Positions 43,905 to 57,239 of a stretch of DNA of 64,000 nt are shown piece by piece. Position 1 is the first letter of the stretch. The number at the start of each line of letters is the position of its first letter. A program made the translations under genes and the position numbers. The stretch is taken from NCBI RefSeq assembly GCF_009914755.1, contig NC_060932.1. One strand, written 5' to 3'. The notes beneath the pieces were generated by a model that had not been told where the DNA came from, did no database searches, and saw nothing but the letters and a program-made list of their open reading frames with translations. This DNA comes from the human T2T-CHM13v2.0 reference genome, Homo sapiens.

Positions 43905-44125
43905 TAGTGCCTACTTTCAACTCCTCACCAGGTCATTTGCTTGTCTTATGAATTTAGACGAGTCTCTTAAACTTCCTGCTTTTTACTGTATTTCCCATAT
44001 AATGAGAATAGCAGTAGTTCCTACTTTATAGAATGGTTGAGCATGGACTAAAAATACGAAATGTAAATTACTTAAAGCAGTTTCTGGAACATAGTGCTCT
44101 CTATATAATGTTTGCTCTCATTATT
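43905..44125 (+). mobile_element. MIR
   Basis: aatgagaatagcagtagttcctactttatagaatggttga...cttaaagcagtttctggaacatagt. Confidence 0.65.
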
Positions 44126-44251
44126 TTTCCAAATGGGAACTATCAATAGATAACCCTTTAATTGATTCCTCAGTAAATATTTATACTAAAACTAAATCTA
44201 AATAATGCATATAAATCAAGGACATTTACATAACATTATTAAAATGTCAAA

Positions 44252-44548
44252 AGCCAGGCACAGTGGCTCATACCTGTAATCCAAGTACTTTGGGAAACTG
44301 AGGAGGGAGGATTGCTTAAGGCCATGAATTTTAGTTCAGCCTGGGCAGCATAGTGAGGCTCCATCTCTACAAAAATAATTTTTTAAATTAACTAAGTGTG
44401 GTCCATATGCCTGTAGTCCCAGATACTTAGGAAGCTGAAGGCAGAGGATCACTTTAGTCCAGGAGTTCAAAGTTGCAGTGAGTCATGTTGGTGACACTGC
44501 ACTCCAACCTGAGCAATAGAGTGAAAGCCTGTCTCAAACAAACAAAAA
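44252..44548 (+). mobile_element. AluJ (AluJo-like)
   Basis: gaggattgcttaaggcc, gggcagcatagtgag and ccaggagttcaaagttgcagtgag are J-type features; highly diverged. Confidence 0.9.
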
Positions 44549-45764
44549 GAGTCAGTTACATGTAAATGTGTGTTGCCATATACAGAATATTACTAGATAT
44601 ATTTACAGACTGTAGTTTTCTAGGTAGATTTTTTATGTTGTTAGTTATTATAGAGTAAATGTAAGATAATGAGATAGGAGGCTTCTTGGACTTCATTAGA
44701 ATTGCTCCTAATGAAGGAAAAAATGAAAATAAATTATAATCATTTAGAACTTAATATGAAGCTAATGTGGTAGAAAGAAAAAGTGAACAGCAATTTACTT
44801 ATAAGTAAGGGTCAGTATTACAAAAGTCCAGACCATTATTAAGTAAATTTCTTAAACGTATAGAAAACTTCACTTTTGTCTAATATAGTGTCATGAAAAT
44901 AAACCATCAAGGTTACAGTGCCATTTATAGAGATAGTCATCCAAGCCTCTTAAGTCATCAGCTAGAGAGATAGGGAATTATGAAAGTTCCAGAAGTACAA
45001 ACTGGGCTGAGATAATAAAAAACAAATTCAGCTGAATTTGAAAAGAGAAAGAATTAGACAAGTGTGAGAAGATGAATGGAGGGATGGGAGGTGCAAAGGC
45101 ATAGAGATAGATGAGGCTGAAGTCAGAGAATAAGGCTGAAGGTGAAGGCAGAGGCCAGCTCCTAAAAGCCCACACACCAAAATGCTTAGAACAATGCCTA
45201 GAACTGAGTAGGGGTTTAGGATGGTATGTAATTATTGAGTGAATAAGCCTTTATTGACTTTCTAAGCATTTTCTATGTCTGCTCCCTGCCATCCATCTTT
45301 CAGTTTCCACCCTAGCAGGGTCAGAAAACACAGCTAGCCAGTGAAAGTAAAGGAGGCAGAAAGACATGGTCCCCAATCTTACAGGAAGCAGCACATCCCT
45401 CCCTTCCTCTTGAGGCGCAGGACTCAGCATTTTTCTGTTAATCCAAGAATTGAAAGTTTGATAAACATCCAGAGACAACACATCTTGTGATGAGCAGTAG
45501 CAGCAATGGAGTACATGGACGAGTAACAAGGAAGGAAGAGAAGCAAGCACTGTAGTAGACCATGGCATACAGACTGGTTTGAAGGTAATGGGAAGTTTTC
45601 CTTGGAGACACTTGTGAATAACTGGGGCATATAGGTGGGAAGCTGAGACCCTGCTAATACATGGAGTAGCATGGCTGGGAGCCTCACAAGATAGTTAAAT
45701 ATGCCTGATTTAACTTACATAAATAATGCATGTACATTCAGACTTTTCACATAAAAAGGAGGAA

Positions 45765-45870
45765 AAGGCAGTACACCACTTCAAATGGTGGTTGTAAGGA
45801 TCAAAATTAGAAAGCACCTTAATAGTGTCTGGCACCCAGAGGTCACTCAACATGTGTTAGCTCTTATGAT
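45765..45870 (+). mobile_element. MIR 3' fragment
   Basis: ggttgtaaggatcaaa...aaagcaccttaatagtgtctggcac...actcaacatgtgttagct. Confidence 0.6.
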
Positions 45871-46479
45871 TTTTCAATCAGCACATACACCCTTTTTATA
45901 CTTAAGGGTTCTGCTTGGAAGGATAGAAATAGTGACAAGAAAGAAATATGGCTGTAGGCTTTTTGGTTCATGAAGTCTGGTGAGGCAGGCAGGCATGAAA
46001 AGCTGAGGCTAGGGTAAGATTTAATTTAGTTCCCAAAGAGAGAGCTCAGCACGCTGCTGTGGAGCAGAAGGCCATGTACTTCTCCTCTGCTTTTGAGCTT
46101 TTGGGCCTCCGTGGATTTTCCACTGTAGCTCATAGTTCCAGACCCCTGGCCCAATATCCCTCTAATATCCTTCCCTCCAATCTGTCCTCACTGATTGGCA
46201 GTCTAGATTGTCTCTTACCTGGAATACACAAGGCAGCTTGGAGCCATGTTTCCTGTGACATGGCATACTGCAGCTTTCTAGATGAAGAGGCAGCCAGCTG
46301 TTAGCTTTCCTATTGATAATACTCCTCTGTATTCTGTTTGTTATAGATGATCCTGTGACAAATTTCACCCAATTTCTTATGGCCTGTCTACAGAAGTAAA
46401 CTTTATAGGAAATTCTTATTGGCATTGATAAATAAGTTGATAATGCAATCATCAGTTCAGTTATCCATACATCCCTCTG

Positions 46480-46915
46480 TGCCATACACTATGATGGAGA
46501 GTGTAGATGCAAAGTTCTCCCTGTTCTGGAGGAACTCAGGGTCAGTGTTAACTTGCCAGCAAGTAATTGCATTGCAGTGATGTCATATAGTGCTGTGTAG
46601 TGTTTAGGGTTCTTTTGGGCACTGAAGCCAGACAGATGAGGTTATAGGATGTCCGATAAGGAGTCACAGAGGAGGTTATATAAGAACTGGCCTTTTCAGA
46701 CTGATTCAGAACAAGTAAACAAAAAAGGATCTGCCAGGACAGTAAATGGCGACTGTGTATACAATTCAAGAGATTTTTAGAATATCACATCTTGGGAAGA
46801 ATTTTTTTAATGGGTGTAAATAATGTAATGAATACTTGATAAAAGCAGAGTCTTATGATTAGGTTTGTATTTTAGAGAAAGAATTCTGAGAGTCACATGG
46901 AGGATAGATATAGTT
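46480..46915 (-). mobile_element. L2 fragments
   Basis: ctccctgttctggaggaactcagggtcagtg and tgattaggtttgtattttagagaaagaattctg resemble reverse L2. Confidence 0.45.
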
Positions 46916-49018
46916 AAAAATATTGTATGACATATTTCCAGTTTCCTGAAAACATGGTCCTCAAAATCAGCACAATACCAGATTTTCTGAGAATATTATT
47001 TATCACTGATGATTTCAGCAGTTTGAAGCACATGTTTTGAGCTTGTACTTGAGGAAAAGAAAAAACAGTACTCACATAAATTTTTTTCTTCAAAAATTCA
47101 CCATAGTCTGACCATCTTTAATGAAATATGTACAGTTAGATTTATTTTTAAAATATTTCTAATGTGCATATACTTATATATTAACTGAAAATGAGAGTTC
47201 ATAGAGGGAAGAGTTCTAGAATTTATGCCATGGATAAAGACATAAATCATATTTTATTAAACATTAATAACATATTTTAGTAGAACCTACAATACTTAAC
47301 AAACTATAACTGATAAGGTGGCACACAGTATTATTGGATATGAGTCTTACTATGCTACAAATCAAATGTTGATAAAAAAATTATGCTCTCTAAACAAACG
47401 AGTAAAGCAAAAACCTACCAAATTCATACAAGTTTAAAAATGCCATGGTCAAATTGCTTTAAATAGCAAGCAGTTGAAGATACCAAGCATTTGGTGAGCT
47501 TTTCTAACTTTTTGGCATAATTATTTTGTTTTATCATTTTTTAAATGCAATTGATAAGAGGAAATACATTATATATGGCACAATGAATGGCAAGAATTTT
47601 AAGCATCCAAACATGAATTTGAGTAAATGTGCATCATCTAGAGAGTTTAATCAGTTTTATCAACACCCCCACCCCCGGCCATGTCAGAGTTCGTGAAAAG
47701 CATGGTTATGTGGCCTCATTAAATTAATATGTGTGATGAGGATGAAAATGACCACTGAATATCAGAATAAATAATGCATTGTCTTGTGTTTCTTTGCTAC
47801 CGCTGCTTTCAGCATCTGGGGAAATTAATAAGGGTTACTTGTGTCAATCAGGCAAATCAGAAGTAAAAAGAAATCTTCAATTAATCATGGTATTTTACAA
47901 CAATCCCTTTGGAAAAAAAAAGAACCCTATTAATAAAAGAGCATTATGCTTTCTGTTGCAGTTGACAAACAGTGATAAGCTTCTCAGGGGACTTGGTGTA
48001 TGAGAGATTCATAATGAAGTTTTCCTTGTAAATTTCTCTAAAATCATTCCAACTACAAAATCTTAGCAGTTCTGAGGCATGAAACCCTTCAGGGCTTCAT
48101 CTGAAGAGGTTTTCCTTTTGGCTTTCACAGAGTGAGTGGGTGATTACTGCATAGGTCCTTTGTAGCATGCTGCCAGCTGCTGTCACTGTTAAAAAACTGA
48201 AGCATGCCTCTTATACCAGCAAATTTGGTTAATCAGGAAAGTTCCAAGGACCCATACAGGGATTAACCAGTAATTCTCCATCTATTGCCAACCCTGAGAT
48301 ACTCTCAGTGCAAACAAATTTCGGCTGACTTGCTGCACCTTGTTATATGCAGCTTCTTGATCACGATTTTAGGACTTATTCTTAGAAGTTTCAGAATAAC
48401 TGGCAATAGGGACTGAATTGAAATGAGATGGGTGGAGCTCCAATTAGTGAAAACCTCTTCTGCACACACAATGCCATTTCTTTGAGGGTGTTAGCCTTAT
48501 TTCTGTCATCATTAAAAGCACATATTCACTTCTACTTAGAATTAATTTTTCCTCTCTTAACCATCTCATAAATCCTAAATTCCTCCTTCCCCTGATGATT
48601 TTACTTTGATCATTGAGAGGGCAAACAAACTGTCGCTACACATTTTTGTTCTAGAGGCGGAACATAGAATAATAGGAGACATTCAGCACTGAAATAATCA
48701 TCAAATTCAGGACAAAAGAGATAAATTAAGAGTGATTAATTATTAAACACCATTCTGAACATTTTTGGGAAAAATCATATTGTGGCCATATATTAATATA
48801 TTTCAGTTTAAAGAAATAACGAGACCTGGACATAGTTTCTTTGCCTTATTTTACCAGGTTGTGAGACAGAATAATTTTAAATGTCTATTTTGAAACAGAA
48901 ATGAGTCTTGACTTTGAGGATATGACCACATTAAAAATATTAATAAATATCAAGAAAATAATCTGCACTTTTCTCCTATAGTCACCTGTAGAATTGATGC
49001 CTACCACACAAAGGATAT

Positions 49019-49151
49019 TATATATATATATACACACACACACACACATATATATATACACACACATATATATATACACACACACACATATATATACACA
49101 CACATATATATATACACACACACATATATATATACACACATATATATATAC
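49019..49151. repeat. Compound (TA)n(CA)m microsatellite with a higher-order ~18-20-bp unit
   Basis: Repeated tatatatatacacacaca(ca) units. Confidence 0.95.
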
Positions 49152-49414
49152 TTTGGCATTATTTGATATGCTAAGAATTTGTATACATATATATATAATT
49201 TCCAGTGAACAAATTTATTTTAGACTTTTTATAGAGTATTTTGTGTAGTAATTGAGATTGATGTTTTCACAATGGTAGCTCTCACTTATTTGGTGCAACT
49301 AACATACATAATTTTATATGTACTATATATGGTTATATTTAGAAGGACAGAAAGTTGTATATTGCTTAAATAACAGTATTTTTATTAGGTTTCATTTTAT
49401 TGATAGTGTTTTTG

Positions 49415-49599
49415 AACTTCTTGAAACAGGAAAATACATATGTTCAAAAGTTTAATCATTTATCAAGATGTCTGAACATAAAATTCAGCTGTGAAAAAAG
49501 TAATATATATTATTGATGCAACCATGCTCCTCAACATACATATACAATAATCAGGGCTAACTTTTTAAAAATATAGGAGACATAAGTTAATATTTTATT
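49415..49599 (+). repeat. Dispersed direct repeat, copy 1 (pairs with 51102-51289)
   Basis: Shares exact 33-bp (49455-49487) and 26-bp (49574-49599) blocks with copy 2. Confidence 0.9.
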
Positions 49600-50399
49600 C
49601 ACAAAATGTAATATTTTATTACAAAAATAAAGTAAGAACACAGTGAATTGTGTGTATAGTTTTCATCACCATAGGGTTATGATCTTGGAAACTCATTTAA
49701 AGCTTTCTTCTCATAAGTTACATGATTGAATCTGCAGTGGAGTAACAACGTATGTGACGCAATGCTATTATTTCTATTATTTATCTATAGTGCTACCTAT
49801 ATCTTTACCTATCTAAAGCAATTTGGGGGTTATAGTAAGGCGTAAAGGCAGACTGATTCATTATTAAAAGAATTATTTTGTATAGAATAGCTTTTAAAGA
49901 TGCCAAGGAGAAAATATAACTGAGATCTGAATATAAGGACAGGAATTAAGTGTGGATCTTGACCAAATTGCAAGTTTCCTACAGTGCAAAAGAGCAATAA
50001 CGTTTATAAATCCATCTACTATGATTTTCTAGTTGTCAATGCACAAGGATATACATAGTAACAGCATTAGTCCTTGTCTTTTGTTAAATGTAATTATTTC
50101 TCTTGAAGAAGTAGGTCTTTAGAAGAATGGTTCCCCAGAGAGAAAGAGAAAAGAATATTAAGAGAAAGTTCAGGTAGGAGTTTCTATAAAAATTCATGAA
50201 AAGACCATCACACAGAAAATGTTATTTTTCTCATCTCAAATCAAGAATGTTAAAACTATTACCTAAAAAAATTAGAGCTAAGTAAACAGGATTGAGTTTT
50301 AAAAACGACTTTTAGCAGTTATGTGACTTCAGGCATTATAATTTGAACTCATAACTAAAGCAATAATGAAGGCTATTTGTTTTTGCCTATGGAAAAATG

Positions 50400-50743
50400 A
50401 ATTGACTGTTTGTTTTGTATGGCTATAACAAAATAAGACTCAGTAATTTATGACAAACAAATATGTATTTGGTTCATAGCTCTGGAGGCTGTCAAGTCCA
50501 AAGTCAAGGGGTTAACATCTTGGCAAGGTCCTTCTTGTTGCATTATTCCATGGTGGAAGGCAGAGGCCAAGGAGCATGTTGGAAGGGTGAATGATGGCTG
50601 AACTCATCAGGAACCCATTTCTGCAATAACTAACCCACTCTAGGAATAACATCATCTCTTAAAGTCCTATCTCCCAACACTTGTAGTATTGGGGACTAAG
50701 TTTCCAATACATGCACTTTGGGGGACATATTTAAACCATGGCA
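50400..50743 (-). mobile_element. MST-type (MSTC/MSTD-like) MaLR solo LTR
   Basis: catagctctggaggctgtcaagtccaaagtcaagggg...ttggggactaagtttccaatacatg...gggggacatatttaaaccatggca. Confidence 0.8.
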
Positions 50744-51101
50744 GAATTCATTCATTAATTATTTCTTGTCATATATCCATGCCATAGGTCAGTCAAAAGA
50801 CATTTCTTGAATGTTTTAGTGCAAGGCACTACATCGTATTTTTGATTTTTATATTAAGTAATATTTAGGTAGATAACTGTGGCTACTAGAAGAATTCAGA
50901 TATTTTTTCAATTTAGATTGTGAGGTAGAAGACTCTAGTCACATTTATTGATCATTTTCTGCATGTCCCAAAATATTCTATATAAATATTGATTTCAACC
51001 TATTTCAAAAGTTATCCCCAGTCCTACTTTGGCATCTGTCTCCCTAGTTTCTTCATCATTTGATGTCACTTTATCAGGCACTCTGCTAGGTCTGTAAATT
51101 A

Positions 51102-51289
51102 AACTTCTTGAAACAGAAATATATATATATTCAAAAATTTTATCATTTATCAAGATGTCTGAACATAAAATTCATCTATGAAAAAGGTAATGTATACAAT
51201 TGATGCAAGCATGCTAATATATATATATATGTATATAAAATCAGAGCTGGCTTTTTAAAACTGTAGGAGACATAAGTTAATATTTTATT
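51102..51289 (+). repeat. Dispersed direct repeat, copy 2
   Basis: Exact blocks at 51142-51174 and 51264-51289. Confidence 0.9.
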
Positions 51290-51969
51290 GTCACAATAAA
51301 ATAAGTAGTTTATTGGGACAGGCCTGCCTGCACATGCATAACTTCTAGTGGGAATAAAACTACAAACGATTATTATATAGTAAGATCATAGCGTTACAGG
51401 GATGTGTCAGATGTGGTCTGTGTTTGGGATGAACAGTATTTGACCTCTGCAGTTTAGAGAAGGGTGCAATTCAGAGCTACTTTCCAGCCGTCATCATTCA
51501 GCAGAGAATCACTTATTGTTTCCTACCCATATAATCTTTCATTTAACATTAGTGTTTCCTCATTTTTGCCTTTTCCCATCAATCTATTCCAGTCCTCCAG
51601 TGACATAATTGGAAATTAGACAACAGATGAAGTCCATGGTCTTTTCTGACTACACCACAGGAGTTAAAGTCATACATTAAGGATGGATTGTTAACATAAC
51701 TTGCAAAATTTCAGTTCACACAGTATGCTCATTTAGCAATATTTACTTGCAAATGAAACATGAAACAACAGTACTATGGCTACTGTATAAAAAAACCTAT
51801 ATATAGGCTAATAAGAGGAATAATATTAATACTTTTCTTTTTTCAATTACCAGAATCATGAGCTTTTCCCTAGTAAGCCCAAAGCACACATCTGACATTG
51901 ATGAGGATTACTATTTCACAGAAAAAAATGTTAAAAAAGGAAAGAGTATTATTTCATGTTACTTTGATC

Positions 51970-52092
51970 AAAACCGAAGAAAAGTTAAGCAATTGATTTA
52001 GTCACCTAGTGAAATAGAAATAGAATTGGGAACAGAGGCAAGTTTCACCTGGCTGCAAAGTCCATGAATGTTTTAATGACTATGCCACACTG
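51970..52092 (-). mobile_element. MIR fragment
   Basis: aaagttaagcaatt...gtcac...cctggctgcaaagtccatg...actatgccacactg. Confidence 0.5.
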
Positions 52093-53403
52093 TTGGACTT
52101 CGTTCTTCTAGAGCAAATTCTTTGTCTGTACATTATTGCCAGTCTAAGGATTTTGGACTACTGAGGACCAGGTGAGACAAATTGATACCACAAAAAGAAA
52201 GAGAAATAAAAACATACTGAAGTTAAAGAGCTTAGAATTTAAAGGAAAAAATGACCTTTCTTTCTTACTCTTGGGTAATGACATTGAAACATTGAGTAGA
52301 GATCAAAAGATCAAACAGAGAACAAAACTGGGAGACCTTTAGTCTGGATATTGCCCTTTGGAAGACATCACAGGCTTCTTCATCAAAACTCTGTTGACCT
52401 CAAAGAGATCAGTTTCTGTCACTTTTTTGTATTTATGATGATTCTTGCATCAATTCTTCAATTAATTCCAGGTCACAGAGAAATCATGCTCTGAGACATG
52501 GTAATTTCTGAAGTAAATTCTGTATGATGGATTGTTGTTCTGTTGGGCATCCTTGTGATAAGCTGTTTTATTCTTTTAATAAGCATAATTTAACAATAAT
52601 CTGAAACTCTAGAGGCAAAACCAAACTGCATATATATCTAGTAATCAGCTGCCAAAAATCTTTGTTTATTAATTATATTATCTCTGTTGTGAGGTATGGC
52701 TTATCAGCTAAAAAAAAAAAAAGGGATTGTTTTAAAAAGAATATTACAATAAGCATACTTAGCTTCTTATCTGAGATTAAATTTATAATTCAGTTTTCAT
52801 ACATTTGACTTTAAATAATAACATTTATGTTAAAGAGCTTATTTTGGTTTTGATTGGCATTATTAAATATACTAAGATATTTTGTAATCATTACCAAAAA
52901 CATTGCAGTTATTTATGTCCATTTATATTATAGCATTTTACCTCTACTGTTTTTATATGCATGTATTATTTATCAATTATTTAACTATCTTGAAAAAATG
53001 ATTACAGTATTTCTAGTTTATACCTGATGACCATTCTACTTCTTTCCTAGCATCCACTTAGGTTTTATTGAAAAACAATTCAATAAATGATATTTCCAAA
53101 ATTCTATGGAAGCAATAAAATAAAGATAGATCAAAATATATTAAAATGAAAACCTTATTTTATTTAGACATTGCAGGGGACATAGGGAGAAACAAATAAT
53201 TAGGTTTAAAAAATGTGGACTTTAATAGTTACGAGATGAGATAAAATTATTTTAGATTTATAATAACAGAAAAAATACTAAGATTGAGCAAATTATTAAA
53301 AAACCTTGCTTAATAAATTCATTATTACTCAAACGTCTGGATTTTTGAGTATTGGATTAGTTAGAAAAAAATTGATGTAGTTCTCTTTAATATATGGATT
53401 CTC

Positions 53404-53704
53404 AGCCAGGCGCGGTGGCTCACGCTTGTAATCCCAAGCACTTTGGGAGGCCGAGGCCAGTGGATCATGAGGTCAGGAGTTTGAGACCTGCCTGACCAAC
53501 ATGGTGAAACCCCGTCTCTACTAAAAATACAAAAATTAGCCAGGCGTGGTGTCACACACCTGTAATCCCAGCTACTCAGGAGGCTGAGGCAAGACAATTG
53601 CTTGAATATGGGAGACGGAGGTTGCAGTGAGCCAAGATTGTGCCACTGCACTCCAGCCTGAGCGACAGAGCGAGACTCTGTCTCAAAAAAAAAAAAAAAA
53701 AAAA
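53404..53704 (+). mobile_element. AluS (AluSg-like)
   Basis: ggatcatgaggtcaggagtttgagacc (2-bp deletion type); A20 tail; degenerate TSD tggattctc / tggattgtc. Confidence 0.92.
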
Positions 53705-53932
53705 GTGGATTGTCTTACACTAAACAATAAGCTACTAGTGAATCTGCCTATCCAAAGGTAATTATCATCTATTGTTATTACATGTAATAATATGAAAAGG
53801 ATACCTTCAAGCCATACTTGTCATCATGAAAACCTAAAGTAATAGCGGTCTTTATTGGTGAGTCTCACCTGCTATATACTATATTCTAGAGACCTCTCTC
53901 CATTCAGCTCCAAGTTTGAAGGAAAGGGTTGT

Positions 53933-54397
53933 GTCATATGTTGAATTGTTCCCAAGTAAATTCATAGGTTGAAGTACTAAACCACAGTACTACAAAATGT
54001 GGCCCTGTTTGAAAATATCATTGTTGCAGATGTAATTAGGTAGGATGAGGTTATTCTGGAGTAGGATGGGTCTCAAATTCAATATGACCAGTGTTCTTAC
54101 AAAAAGAGGACATTTGGAGGTAAACATACATGCAGAGAGAACTTCATATGAACATGACAGTGAAGACCTGAGTGATGCATCTACAAGACAAGGAATGCCA
54201 AATACGGCCAGCCAGACACCAGAAGTCAGGAAAGGATCATGGGACAGATCTTTCCCTAGTGCCCTCAGATAGAACTCAGCTCTGCCAACACCTTGATCTT
54301 TGACTTTTATCCCCTAAAACTGTGAGACAAAAAATTATGTTGTTTGAGCCACTCAGATTGTGATACTTTGCAACAGCAGCCCTGGCAAACCAATGCA
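53933..54397 (+). mobile_element. MLT1C-type solo LTR
   Basis: ttgaattgttccc...gcagatgtaatta...gccaacaccttgatc...actgtgagaca...agcagccctggcaaaccaatgca. Confidence 0.85.
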
Positions 54398-54654
54398 GGG
54401 GCATATTATACATGATATTTTGTGAGGGTCTGTAGCCTGTTGTCCCTTAATTTAGAAGGTAAAGATGTCCAAGCAAAGAACCTTTGACTTGATGCTCTAA
54501 AGGATCTACTGAATTCCTTTTCTTTGCTAGTGCTTTTTTTGCCTGTAGCTACCCAGTAAGTCAGAAAATTAAACTTACATTTTGTATGGCTTTCCCACTC
54601 TCCTTTACTTGTAATGATACTTTGTAATTGCTAAAGGTTTCTAGTTTAAACCTT

Positions 54655-54953
54655 AGCATTCATTCACTTTTTTGCAACCACTATCTGTCAGGAATTTTTT
54701 TTGACGTTGGAATTATAGTAATGCCTGGGAGAATGGGGAGTAGAACTATACAGATAAAAGCTCTGCCCTCACAGAGTTGACATTCTAGTCTCTATAGCAC
54801 TTGTCTACACACACCTATAATCACTTGTTCAGTGTCAGTCTTCACCAGTAAATTGTTAGCTATCTGAGGACAAGCAACATGCCTCACTTGTTCACCATTA
54901 CTGGGAGATTGTAAGGATGCAATAAGTCTTCATTGAATGAGTGAATGAATGAG
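54655..54953. mobile_element. Two L2 3'-end fragments in opposite orientation
   Basis: cattcattcac...ctgccctcacagagttgacattctagt (-), then ...cattgaatgagtgaatgaatga (+). Confidence 0.55.
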
Positions 54954-54979
54954 ACCTTTATTGTCACTTAATAAGTTTT

Positions 54980-55417
54980 TGTTTTTTGTGTGACTTCTCA
55001 CAGAAACAGACACTGAGACAAGTCAGTTTTTTCGGAGATGGTGGCAGGAAGCAGAAGTGAAGGAGCAAGAAAAGTGAAACAGGGAAAGGAGGAAAGCCAC
55101 ACATTGGAAGTCAATGTCAAGGAGCAGATCATCACAGGAAGCAAGTGTGGCTCAGTCCTGCTGGGATCCCCTGAGTAATCAAATAGAACATTGTTCAGAA
55201 CAGTCCCAGTTGGGTGTTTATCCATCAACCCACATCCTTCCTTAATTGAAGATTACCCTTGGTTACAGAGATAAACAAGAGAACCCTCAAAATTGAAGCA
55301 AACAGACCTCAGTGTGAAAGCAACTGGCTTGAATGGGAACTGTCAGTTGTAGATGCAGATAGACTCAAAGCTAGGCCAGAGTGATATGTAACATGGTATT
55401 CAACATCATCTGCTTTA
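54980..55417 (-). mobile_element. Old ERVL-class solo LTR (LTR33/LTR41/LTR67-like)
   Basis: cagaaacagacactgagaca...gtgaaacagggaaaggaggaaagcc...ggctcagtcctgctgggatccc...catctgcttta; exact family uncertain. Confidence 0.55.
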
Positions 55418-56064
55418 CTTTCCTTGAAAAAAAAAATAAAGAAATCCATAAATGAAGCCACTTATACAAATACATCGAAGCAAAAATGAGTTTCAACAGA
55501 AAAAATTATATTTTTATGGTTACAAAAATAAGCTTTCCTCTGTAAGAAAATAATTTTAGTTATAAAAATGAGAAAACAGTTTATTAGCAAATAAACATTG
55601 TGCCAATAAAATGTCTTTGTTTCTAAAGAAATATGTTCTCACGGTTGTACCTGTATTTACTACTGAATGTAATTAAGTAATAATTTCTTAATCCTTGATT
55701 AATGGTGTCATGACAGTATTTGTAACCACAGCATTTTCATTTGAGACGATCCACTGAAGCACCCATTGCTAAGTTCCATAGTCAGCCAATATTTGTTTTA
55801 TTAAGATCTTACAGAGCATTTACGATAGTCCATTGTACATTGCTTCATAATTAGATCAAGAACAGTAACAGGCTCTCTAGTATGGTAGTTTTCATTGACA
55901 AAGTTGATTATCACAAGAAAACATTAGGTAAGTATCCTTTACACTTGACTCAATTCCTTTCAAAAAATCAACTTCATATGTATAATTTCACAAAAGCCAG
56001 TTTAGAAAATTTAGAGACTGGGAATATTTCTAGCTAATTGTTATGGGATACCTCTTTAACAATT

Positions 56065-56675
56065 CTGAAGATGTGGAACCACTGTCATTCTCATAAAGTG
56101 CTGATGGGAAGGTAAAATATTATGACTACCTTCAAAAACTATTGTGCAGTTGGTTAATAAAGTTAACCACATATTTATTGTATGACATACAGATCCTTCT
56201 TCCAGGTACTTACCCAAAAAAATAAAAATTTATACTCACAAGAAAATTTATATGGTATTCATAAGAACTCCATGAAAACTCCAAATGTTCATTAGCAGAT
56301 AAATGAATAGGCAAATTGTAGTATACATATACAACAAAACAGTATTCAGCAATACCAGTAGTGAAACTCTAATACCCAAATCAACACAGTGGCAAGGAAG
56401 CCACACACATGAGTACATTCCATAGGATTTCAATTATATAGAGTCCTACAACATTTAAATCTAATCTTTTGGTGACAGAAATCATGAGCGGTTGACTGGA
56501 GTGAGTATTGTGCAAAGTTGATTGAATAGGGATACCAGAAATTTTTGAAGGTGATGAAAATGTGTACCTTGATCAGAATGATGCTTACATGGGTGTACAC
56601 ATTTGTCAATACTCATTGAAGTATTAATATATATTTATATTAAATGGAAATTATACTTCAGTAAAGTTGACTGTT
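56065..56675 (+). mobile_element. L1ME-type 3' fragment
   Basis: gaagatgtggaac...ccaaatgttcattagcagataaatgaataggcaaattgtagtata...ggtgatgaaaatgt...ttatacttcagtaaagttga. Confidence 0.8.
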
Positions 56676-56715
56676 TACAAGAACTATATATTTCTTATAT
56701 TAAACACAAAAGCAT

Positions 56716-56845
56716 AGCTGGTCATGGTGGCTTATTCCTGTAATCTCAGTATTTTGGGAATCTGAGGTGAGAGGATTGCTTGAGGTCAAGGGTGTGAGAT
56801 CACCCTTGGCAACATAGAAAAATCCCATCTCTATAAATAAATAAA
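56716..56845 (+). mobile_element. Free left Alu monomer (FLAM)
   Basis: Single left arm with a (TAAA)n tail; 15-bp TSD taaacacaaaagcat (56701-56715) / taaacacaaaaacat (56846-56860). Confidence 0.88.
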
Positions 56846-57239
56846 TAAACACAAAAACATAAAAACATTTAGCTGAAAGTCTCTCTCACAAGATGTTTGG
56901 CTTGTATTAAAGATCTGTTCTGTCATTACACATATATAGCTTTATGTATTTCAGGAAATAGGAGAAATTTGGGAAAAAGGGCATATTGTATTCACAGCTA
57001 TACTCTTATTAAAAAGAAATGATCTGTCCTTGTTTTAAACCTCATGTTCTTGCGTTTAACATAGGTTGTTTTCAGGTAATCTAAATGTTAGTTATCCAGT
57101 AAATCAAGCCACATATATATGAGTGATCCTTAAATTTATCCCTTGATGTATCTATCGCTTTGAACTGCTCCATAGATCTATGGATCTCCTTTCTTTGAAG
57201 AAAACTCATTGCTCCCTATTTACTCTCCACTTAGGTGTC

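Noticed and set aside
48885-49248. CVYI- and HTHI-rich ORFs
   Set aside because: Translations of the (TA)/(CA) microsatellite.
49415-51289. Direct repeats as LTRs of a new retroelement
   Set aside because: No TG..CA termini, PBS/PPT, flanking 4-6-bp TSD or internal coding remnant; kept only as an unexplained duplication.
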